A DNA stretch of 64,000 nt from Tubiluchus corallicola. Its lineage: Eukaryota; Animalia; Priapulida. The DNA lies in NCBI GenBank assembly GCA_030141605.1, contig JAQGDQ010000162.1, positions 248,001 to 312,000 on the forward strand. Reading direction: 5' to 3'. Below, one piece after another: positions 25,305-35,800 of this stretch (within the stretch, counting starts at the first letter, position 1; the number at the start of each line of letters is the position of its first letter). Position numbers and translations under genes: made by a program. The notes beneath the pieces were generated by a model, which saw only the letters and a list, made by a program, of their open reading frames with translations, searched no databases and was not told the origin of the DNA.

Positions 25305-26174
25305 ATGTGCATACTTCTTCTATTCATCAACCCATCACCATGCGAGGACCAGTACTCTATCATACTGGCTAGCAACCGAGATGAGTTTTACACTCGTCTC
25401 AGTCAATCAGCGCACTGGTTGCAGGAGCAACCCGATGTCGTCTGCGGAACAGATGAAGATCCAGCGGGGACAAAAAATGGCACATGGTTAGGCATGAGCA
25501 AGAAAGGTAGAATAGGAGCACTCTTGAACGTCCTCGACGAGGAAAGGGCATCTCGGAAAGCAAGTACTCGAGGCGGGCTCGTGCGCGACTTCCTCAGCGG
25601 TACTGCATCTACGGAAGAGTATCTGAATTTCTTGGCAAGTGATTCTGTGATGTACAATCCTTTTCAGCTGTTACTATTGGAGAAAAAAGCTGACCAATGG
25701 AATGCCTTTTCTTATCACAAACTTGTTAAGGGTTCGTTTCATCAACTTGACACTGGCTTTCACTGCTTGGGTAACAATAAATATCCAGGAAAACCGTGGA
25801 GGAAGAATTCTTGTGCTTTGTCCAAATTTATAGAAATTGTGGAAAAGGTTGGCTCGGTCAATGAAAAAAAGACACTTAAATACAAACTGTTAGAAATGTT
25901 AAAAGATGACAGCTGTCTCTTCCCTGACGATCAGCTTGAACATGACGCAGCTTCACGACAAAAAGACTATATTACAGCATTGAGTGCGGTGTTTGTCAAA
26001 TATCCCACTTACGGAACAAGAGCCCACACTATTATCCTCATAAATTCTAAAGGTGAAGTTGAATATACTGAGGTTTCTATGGAAGAAAAAGAAGTGCCCA
26101 TTTCTAATTGGGATAATATAAAATGGAGTGAGCTTTCTTTTGAATTTAAGATAAGTGATGCTCATAGCCCATAG
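25305..26174 (+). CDS. TANGO2: Transport and Golgi organization 2 (NRDE family), intron-free CDS, 289 aa
   Basis: Starts MCILL (family-typical Met-Cys), LASNRDEFY.R, GTWLG, RGGLV.DFL, YNPF, YGTR.HT.IL. The ATG at 25305 is preferred over the TTG at 25269. Acceptor GCCAG at 25286. Confidence 0.94.
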   Translation: MCILLLFINPSPCEDQYSIILASNRDEFYTRLSQSAHWLQEQPDVVCGTDEDPAGTKNGTWLGMSKKGRIGALLNVLDEERASRKASTRGGLVRDFLSGTASTEEYLNFLASDSVMYNPFQLLLLEKKADQWNAFSYHKLVKGSFHQLDTGFHCLGNNKYPGKPWRKNSCALSKFIEIVEKVGSVNEKKTLKYKLLEMLKDDSCLFPDDQLEHDAASRQKDYITALSAVFVKYPTYGTRAHTIILINSKGEVEYTEVSMEEKEVPISNWDNIKWSELSFEFKISDAHSP

Positions 26175-27251
26175 CAGCTCAGAGAAAGAAGTACATGTTA
26201 ATATTACAGAACGCTTAGTATTATGAGCATTTTTTTCAGTATTCCAGTTTATAAGCGCACACAGATTTTAGCCTATAATATGACATGCATGGTATTTTTT
26301 ATCTTAAATTTTATTGCATCAGTTAGTTATATTTTGATTGCTTTTACCTGATAATTAAACGGGTGATTTTAGTAAGGTGACCAACTTTTTTCTTGAGCAA
26401 ACATCTGTGATAAAGTGTATTTTGCAAGCTTTGATAAAAAAGTTAGGTAATTCTGACATAAAAGGACTGTACGTTTTAGGTACTTAATGTTTTGATACTA
26501 ACGATTTTATAAGATCACGCTTCGCGTATCAATTTTAAGTATAGGGTACCCTTCTCACTTAGAGTGGTAATTATGGGTTTTGACTGTATGTATAAAATTT
26601 GACAGAGAATTGTCTTTGCCATAAAATTTATAAAGGCATGACTCCATGGGCGCATAATGTGTGATGCATATTCGATAACGTAACAGTCTATATTTAAACG
26701 CGTGGAAGTGTGTCCAAGTGTACGTAATGGACAATATGTGATCGGTATTCACTTGAACGAGATCGCTATCATCTAAATACGCATATGCGAAACCGCCGTT
26801 ACCTATGTGATTTAGCAAGTTTTTTCAAGTTTCCAGTAACGATTTTTGCTGATTGGAAATTCTGGTTAGGTGAGTTTTGGTTACTTCGGGACCTATGTAC
26901 TTTAACGTTTCTTCTACACAAGAGAATTGGAAAAATCATATAATTATGTGTTAGGCATTTAGTTGCAGTTCTTTCACTAAATGATAATACATGCAGTATT
27001 ATCATTTTCCCTCCAAAAATTTTGTGCACCCAAACCTGTATTTCATTTGCTGTATAATAGCACAATAATAAATTAATGTCATCACTGTAGTTGTCATGCT
27101 GAAATTTTGAAAGAGGCATGGCTTTCAAAAATTATTACTTCTAATTTTCTCAAACAGGCAAGCAAAAATGGCAAAAAGAGCTTTGTTTTGAATACGTATA
27201 GCATTCACGGAAACAGTCATCACACGTTAGGATTACAGATCACGCATTAAA

Positions 27252-27331
27252 TGCACATGGAGTCCTAGCTTTAAGCCTGTTACAGATTACGTGCACATGG
27301 AGTCATAGCTTTAAGCCTGTCAATCAGATTA
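27252..27331. repeat. 40-bp imperfect direct duplication
   Basis: TGCACATGGAGTC.TAGCTTTAAGCCTGT at 27252 and 27292. Confidence 0.8.
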
Positions 27332-29623
27332 CATAGTTGTTCATTCGCTCATTTCGCAAAATGTTCTCTTTACTGTTGCAGATCAGGTTGTTAGTTATGT
27401 GTAATAAACACTGTTGCCAGTTTTTATAGCTGTAAAAATACCATCAGCAAACCGCAGAATTACCATGTTTTGGTATAAAATTCACCTAAATATGCCATGT
27501 TTTGGCAAGTGCACTGACTTTGGAAGACGGAATATTTGGCTTCTGCACAATTCTAAGCAAACTAAAATACAGATATATCAACATTTTTATTTATACATTT
27601 CTGCATGGCTTATACAGCAGATTGAAACAATTTCGACGTGCGCTACAAAACCGTGAAAGAGGAATATCAGAAGGTACAGTATCGCCATCTTCAAGTTTCT
27701 GTGCTAGTTCTCTACCAAAAGGCAATGTTCATCAAGTACATTATGATATTCTTTTATCTGCTTGAAGAAAACTCGTTTTTCATATAGTGGTGCTTTAATA
27801 GTTTCTATTATAACTATAATTCTCAAATCTTCGGTACTTTTCCCATTTTAGCCATAATATTTTTTAGTTATTCGTCCTTTGCTTTCTTTTGTATATAGAT
27901 TCCCCTCCTTGTTTCTATTTCACATTCAGCCATTCTTACAAGTTATTATAAGCTTATTAAACTCCTGCAGTAGTGTTATCATAAATGGATACTAATTACA
28001 ATCGTTATACCTATTAGCTTGACTAAAATTATGCAATGATGTACATGTATGTTTCTATGCTATACTATTGATGTGAAATAAACAAATTGAAATTAAAAAA
28101 ATGAAGTTGTCACTTAGCCATTGCAGAATGCAATAAAATTTCTTTTTTGAAAACTTTGTTGTGTATATAAAAACTTGTAGTTGAAATTTTAAATAAAGTT
28201 ATTGCTAGTTTTCTATTATACCAGATTAGATCATATAAATTTTATAATATTATTGTAGTGAATGGTAAGCAAGTTGGTATTTGTATAGTTTGGGTGTTTT
28301 CTTTGTTAATATATTTTGTAAAAAGTTACATTTTAATGTCACAGTGTATGATTCTGTTAACTTTTGATATATACAATTTTTATTTTGTACGTAACCGAAG
28401 TAACTTTACTTATTTCCAAGATGCTCCTGTTTATCATTGTCACATACTTGATTGAAGTACCAGTGATTTTTGCTATGACTAAGCCAGTTACTAAACTTGG
28501 GACTCCATGGTGTAACACGTAAGCACTTTATTGCCAAGTTACATTGCGATTTTTTCACGTTTCCAACAAAAAGTTACTGAAGAACTAAACTTTTCGAAAG
28601 CTAAATTTGCAGAACAGTTCATAAATTAGGTTTGGAGATGATCACAGTTGCAAAAATCCTTCCATATAATTATAGATTTTCAAAAAAATTACAAGAGATT
28701 CAAGACAAAATAATACAAATTTAGATGTTGATAGATTGCAGCAATATAGCAATCTACATATATATTTACATAAACATTAACTTACTTATTAGTGACATTA
28801 CTAATGAATTTGTTTTTATTTTTCTATTACAGTCAAACCTATTTCTATTACACTCCTCCTTTATAACGCCAACCTTGCCTAATGCCAGAATTTTTGTCAA
28901 AACAAAATGTCTATTTTCGCATGGACACGTATGTATTAATGTGTTTCGTTATAATGCCAAACACGATTAATGTCAACTTTTTCTGAAGTACCAAAGAAGG
29001 TGGTATAAAGAGGTTTATCTGTACTATTAAAGTTTGAAATGCTAAACAAATTGTTACATTAACTGTTATCAGTATGAGATTCTAACAAGTACAGTGATAA
29101 TAAAAAATTCATGTCTATAACTTACAATATGTCATTATTAATATTTTCAATCCCCAAAAAATGAATAGTTCTGCCAGAATTGTAAAACAAATACATTTTG
29201 GAAAAACTTGCGCAGTACGGAATGAAAGATTTCAAATAAGATCATCACAATTTCTGGCTGCAGTTCCTGATTTTTGAACAATTTTCCACCTTATATCCTG
29301 ATATCCGCTTTTCTCGGAGAGGCACACAAATATTTATAATCAGCAGTTCTGCATGTCATTTAATTTCTCCGTCTGCTCTCCCATTGGACAATCATGCCTT
29401 TTTAGGCTCTATAATCTCGCAAAAAGTTATCAAAAACAACTCGCTTCATTTGACGCTTTATGCATATCAGTACTCCCTATGGCTACACATGGTGCAACGT
29501 TTACCCTGCTAAAGTTGACAAACGTGTGTTGATCGCAAATGAAGTAAACTCACGGAAGCTTAATTCAAAATATGTGAATTTTACAAAGGGTCATTGAAAA
29601 TTGGCAGGTATTTTGTCATTAAT

Positions 29624-30139
29624 TCAGAAGTGAGGAAGGCAAACTTTTCCGGCAAAAAGTTCTGATATAACAGTCATCCAGAGAGCTAGAATGAAGAATA
29701 TATATGACTTTCCCACTTGAAAAGTGGCTGGCAGCTGATATGCTTCACCGCCTATCTCCTCCGTTTTAAATCCTATTGGGAAAATAACAGCAGCTATGCA
29801 GAACAAAACCATTCCTGTAAATCCTGTCCACCTGGCAATTTTAACGGACCTCTGTTCCCAGAACGAGGCTGCCAGTAGAATGAATGTCATCGTTATGCAC
29901 AGACAACCGAGTATGATTAAAATGAAAGTGACTAGCCAATCAGGATGCGGATTGGGATAGAAGCAAATCTCGCTGCGGTCATAGATGTTAATGCACGTCT
30001 GAATGAGTCCGAATTTTGAGCTTCCACTGTGTACCCACTGTCCACTTGGTACAATCCACTCTGGTAATGCTAAGCTAGCTACTGCAAAAGCATCAGCAGT
30101 CAAAAATAAAAGCCCAGAAACAAGGCTTAATTTATCCAT
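29624..30139 (-). CDS. MOSMO: Modulator of Smoothened (C16orf52/ATTHOG), claudin-like tetraspan protein, intron-free CDS, 171 aa
   Basis: MDKL..SG.LFL.AD.FA.ASLA.P.W N-terminus, four hydrophobic helices, ARW..FTGMVLFC.AA.IFPIGF, IGG..Y.LP...VG.SY..F, C-terminal SELFAGKVCLPHF. Confidence 0.92.
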   Translation of the reverse strand: MDKLSLVSGLLFLTADAFAVASLALPEWIVPSGQWVHSGSSKFGLIQTCINIYDRSEICFYPNPHPDWLVTFILIILGCLCITMTFILLAASFWEQRSVKIARWTGFTGMVLFCIAAVIFPIGFKTEEIGGEAYQLPATFQVGKSYIFFILALWMTVISELFAGKVCLPHF

Positions 30140-32832
30140 TGTATAAGGTGAACTGCAGGGACTTATGTGTGAATTATTGATACTGTCACTGTGTATGGAA
30201 TTAGTTAATGGTTGCGCGAATTGATTTTATTATGCGAGTTTGTTCAAGTCACAACAATGTAAGTACAGATACTAAAGTAAGCATTGCAAATTCAACAGAG
30301 TACCAGTGCGGTATGCATGCAACACGTATAAATTTGTAATAGTCGTATCACCATGAGTGTGACACTGTAACACCCCCACAGCTTTGGTATTTGGTCTTTC
30401 TGAGCAAAGTTATTGTGGCCTTGTCATATGATACGCGGTCGACATCACGACAGAAGAATAGAATAATAACTGCATGACGAACATGAACTTGATGAAGTAA
30501 AGTAAGAGGATATTCTGACTAAATCTAACACAGATCTGCAGTATTACAAAAACACGAAATTTGAAAAGTCGTTTGCTCACAAAAACATGAACGCCAACAA
30601 TGTGAAAAAGTAGGAAAATTCATTTTACTTTTGAGACCAACTGGGCTTAGGCAATACGCAATGTCTTCACTCACACTTCCAATAGGTTATAAGGTTTTTC
30701 TCTGCGCCTCTCACATTAACTGTGTTATCTAACTCACATTTATTGTACTTTTACGTAATTTGATACTGACTAAATCACTTTTGTTTGAACAAATTCCTAA
30801 ATACACACGTATTCTTGCTATGTTATTTATTTGCAAAAGTAGCAAGTAATAGTAGTAGGTCTACATCTGACATAATGTCATAGGCTACTCATACATATTT
30901 AGTGCAGCAGACTGGAAGAGATCAGCATTGAGCTCAAGATTCTCCAACACGTCTTGTAGATTTGGCTGATGCTGGTGATTGGTTTTTGGATAGGTACTAA
31001 TATTCTTGAATTATGTTAGCCTCCACAATGTCTTTCTGAGTAACTCCAATGTGTTTAACAGGGTCCAAGTATATGGTAGATTTCTGGGGCACTCAATTCA
31101 ATGTGCTGCACTCATAACCATCAAGATTTCAGGCTGTGTGAGACGCCCGAAGCTTAAACATTGAAAACAGGGTAGTGTACCTATGTTGTTTCAAGAATAC
31201 TAAGTTGTTCTGCATGCTATTGTTATTATTTCTATAATTGTTGAAATTTGTTATAATTGTTAATACTTAATAACATATAGCACACGTATAATAATAACAA
31301 CAACCATTGTTGTCATTTTTAATTGTTAATCATCATGGAATCACATAATCAGCATTACCAACTTTTTGTCATTAATAACAAAATTGAAATAAAAACAAAA
31401 ACAATCAAATAAAACCTAAAAATGTTGTTTTCCAATTAATTTTGAGTTTCAATAACATTACTGATGAATGACCACAAGTTATAACATGGCAGATACTTTT
31501 GCTTTATTTTTCATAATTTTTGCACATCAAAACTCGACTTTAATGATTTAGGTTAACAAAATTACTGTGCTTTACTTGCCAGACCTTGGTTTACAAAATA
31601 TCAGTCGCCTCAGCTTGGAATAATACCACTAATTGGCTGTACAATGTACATGTAATAAAAACTGTCCCAGTTACAGAAAAACCGCACACAAAATTGCGTG
31701 GTGTATAGTATGCCGAAATTGTTAGTGCACATATAAGTATCTATTATATCTATCTATATACATATATATATATGTATAAAATATCTACAATATCTATTTG
31801 ATTATAATTATGTAATATAGTAATATAAAGATTGTACAACTATGCCACACTGCAAATCAGACAAAAGAAATTTTACAACAAAAGACTTGTTTCTACCAAA
31901 ATTAAACATATATTATAATTATCTAGTTGATGAAAAGAATAAGGGCAAAAATTTCTAGATCAAAAGAAATGCTTTATGCTATGCAGTTTTCAAAACTTTT
32001 CACAGGAGCTGCAATTACAAATATAAAGCAAGTTAACTATTCTCCAAATGCTAGTACGGCTTAGGATTACAAAATACCCTTTTCTCTAAAAAAAAAATCA
32101 ATATTTTTGGCTGAATACGTGTGGTTTAAAAGCAATAAATTTGAAAACTTTTGGACAATATAGGTGCAACATTAGACTTTTTCATTATTACTTAACAAAT
32201 TTATACGTACATAAAATTTGTTCAACTCCCACAGCGTGAAGCACCTAACACTACAACAAATGTTTATAATCTAAATAGATTTCTCAAAAGCATAACTAGT
32301 AATACCTAAAAAATTAAATAAATTACAAAATTTCCACTATTATAGATAGAATAATAAATAGCAAAATTACTGTAACTAGGGAACAAACATTTTTGTACTA
32401 ATATGATATCTAGTTTATTTCAACCTTTTTCAAACATGCACAACAGTCAAAAAAGTAAATGAAATATTCAAGTTATCTGCAGCCAGATTAACAATGCAAT
32501 GCAATTAGAAGTGCTAGTTATATATTGCTAAATATATTTAATGTATTCACAAAAGTATATCCCCCAAAAAACATGATTAACAGTTGGACATAAATCATAC
32601 AAGTATTTCTGTTATTTTTATTAATTCAATATTGTACATGCTATCGAACCACGCTCCATTTACTCATTAAATTGCGCAGTCGTACAATTTTTACTTTTGC
32701 ATATGATACACAAGGTTTTTAAAAATTTTTATGAAACGTTTTAGTCATTTTTCATACACACACACACACTCTGACACACACATGCACAAGCACTAACAAA
32801 TTGCACTTGATATTCTATAAATATAACTAAAT

Positions 32833-35800
32833 TTAGTGTCGTTCATGGAACCAGTTGTTATCCGTGAGTACAAGCAATTCTATGATGACCTTGTTTATAT
32901 CTCCATTGTGTTTGTCTAGTAACCGTTTATTTAAGTCCCTAAAAATAACAAAATACAAATTTCACAATTTTGACAAAGATCCAAGAAAAGGTAATGAATT
33001 TTTAAAGAAAGCCTTCGCACTATACTTTGCCAAATGTAGTGATTATTTTCTTCCAGTTTGATAATTAGAGAATAGGCTAATTAACACACTCCTGTTTTAG
33101 GCAACTTCAGATTATTCTTTGACAACCAGTTTAGTTCAATTTATGCTGTAAGCATTACAATTTTGTGTAAGAGAGACATTGGTAATTGTGCACATCGACT
33201 TGGAGACAAGATTTCATTAATAAGGAGACATAGTAAATATGGCAGTTTTAGTTTACTAGCCACAGGGATGGGTAATTAGACAACTTCTGTCTATCCTCGA
33301 GCAGATTTACCGGAATTTCCGGGAGGACCAGCATTGAATTTGCACCCTAGTAGTGTACAAGCTGTCCCAGCTAGCAACTGCAACTAGTACTATGATTATA
33401 ATTGAATTCACTCAACAATGGGAGATGATTTCACTCTGCACCTTTTTGTATACAAACAAATACCTGTTGCAAAAGCCCATATCCAGCAACCTATCCATGT
33501 GAGTCGTGGGTGGTCTCCATCCGGCATTCCACCACTGGGGAGGAGAATTTGGCTGTGGAGGAGTCCAAGCAGGAGGGGGTTCCCACGTTGGCTGCTGAGA
33601 AGGTGGAGTATAGGCTGGGGGAGGAACCCATGGTGCCTGCTGGGGAGGCGTCCAAGCCGGAGGTGGTTTCCAGGTCTGTTGCTTTGGAACGTACGGTGCT
33701 TGGAATCCGGCAGCCGCTGACCAAACGGGAGGCGTCCAGGTGTGAGAATGATGTGATGTATGGTGCTGTAAAAGCAAGTGATCTGGTTCAACATAATGAA
33801 AATGGAAGAAAAACTAGTACTGCATTAAGCTCTATCAAGGTAAAGCTTCACACTATACTATCAAGGCAAAGCTTCACACTATACTATCAAGGCAAAGCTT
33901 CACACTATACTATCAAGGCAAAGCTTCACACTATACTATCAAGGCAAAGCTTCACATTATACTATCAAGGCAAAGCTTCACACTATACTATCAAGGCAAA
34001 GCTTCACACTATACTATCAAGGCAAAGCTTCACACTATACTATCAAGGCAAGGCTTCACACTATACCATCAAGGCAAAGCTTCACACTATGCTATCAAGG
34101 CAAAGCTTCACACTATACTATCAAGGCAAAGCTTCACACTATACTATCAAGGTAAAGCTTCACACTATACTATCAAGGCAAAGCTTCACACTATACTATC
34201 AAGGCAAAGCTTCACACTATACTATCAAGGCAAAGCTTCACACTATGCTATCAAGGCAAAGCTTCACACTATACTATCAAGGCAAAGCTTCACACTATAC
34301 TGTCAAGGCAAAGCTTCGCACAATATTATCAATGCAAAGCTTCACACTATACTATCAAGGCAAAGCTTCACACTATACTATCAAGGCAGAGCTTCACACT
34401 ATACTATCAATGCAAAGCTTCACACTATACTATCAAGGCAAAGCTTCACACTATACTATCAAGGTAAAGCTTCACACTATACTATCAAGGCAAAGCTTCA
34501 CACTATACTATCAAGGCAAAGCTTCACACTATACTATCAAGGCAAAGCTTCACACTATACTATCAAGGCAAAGCTTCACACTATACTATCAAGGCAAAGC
34601 TTCACACTATACTATCAAGGCAAAGCTTCGCACAATATTATCAATGCAAAGCTTCACACTATACTATCAAGGCAAAGCTTCACACTATACTATCAAGGCA
34701 AAGCTTCACACTATACTATCAATGCAAAGCTTCACACTATACTATCAAGGCAAAGCTTCACATTATACTATCAAGGCAAGTCTTCACACTATGCTATCGA
34801 GACAAAACACTATACTATTAAGGCAAAGCTTTACACTATACTTCAAGTCAGACTGTCAACAGGTGATAGGTCACTGATTAGCCTTTTCTCAGGTATGCCC
34901 TCGGGATGACCTTTACTTTTGTCATCACTTTGTCCCAAAGTTATCCCATACCAAAAATCTCAAGGCTTCCCAAGTGGTACAGGTATTACTGGCTTAAAAG
35001 TCAAATTGTGAACTGATGAAGGATGCTGCATGGTTCCCAAACTTTGGAAGTCTGGGGACCTAATCAATAAAATAATTAGAAAAAATAAGCAAACTGATTC
35101 TATACCTGCTGCTGTTGTTGGCCATTCCCAGGGACACCAAACACGGTGTTCCAAGCACTAGTGAAGATCTGTCCGAGAAATCTGTCACTTCCAGTGGCAG
35201 CTGATGAAGTCACCTTACTGACAGGAGGAGAATTTGTGCGAGCTCCATGGCTCTCTGCTTCTGTGGATGCATCTTTGTCCTCTTGCTTGCTTTTGCAGGA
35301 ACCTTTTGGCCACAAAAATCGACAAGTTACAGAACTTTCTAATTTAGTAGTGCTTTTGTGCATATAAAGTTGACAACCCACCAAATGTTCTGGTATCCGA
35401 ATAGTGAACAAGCATCCTAATAATTCTCTTCTTTCAACAATACTAGAGAATTACCAGTATATACCTCCAAAGGACGTTCCCAATTACTGCAAATGTGACT
35501 GTGCCTTTATTTTTCTTGAATGTCAGTAATAGTAGTTTGCCAACTGGTCACCAAAGTACTTGGCAACTAAAGTTAAGCAATAGTGGGTTTGGATAGTAAA
35601 TGGAAGGGTAATAATTTAAGTACATTGTTCTGCATCTACCATCCCCATTATTGCCAAATTAAATGGTTTTTGCTCATTACTAGTTAGCTAAATATGAAAC
35701 AATTGCATCCCAGCATTGTGGACTTTCACTTTAATCGATGAGCTGTAGATTGCAACCTTATCAAACAAATATCAAGCGAAATGATTGCATCATGCAAAAG

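Noticed and set aside
19762-26174. Bacterial contamination or horizontal transfer as the explanation for the intron-free operon-like block
   Set aside because: The proteins look animal-type (DUS1L Cys-rich tail; MOSMO is adjacent), spacers are ~1 kb with splice and poly(A) signals and a host hAT element, and no Shine-Dalgarno pattern is evident.
30880-31170. GC-richer stretch with short protein-like frames on the minus strand (possible pseudogene)
   Set aside because: All frames are interrupted within ~40 codons and no family is recognisable.
33510-34877. 455-aa + strand ORF with a 26-aa repeat
   Set aside because: Artefact of a stop-free 26-bp minisatellite plus the antisense of an NBR1 exon; starts at GTG.
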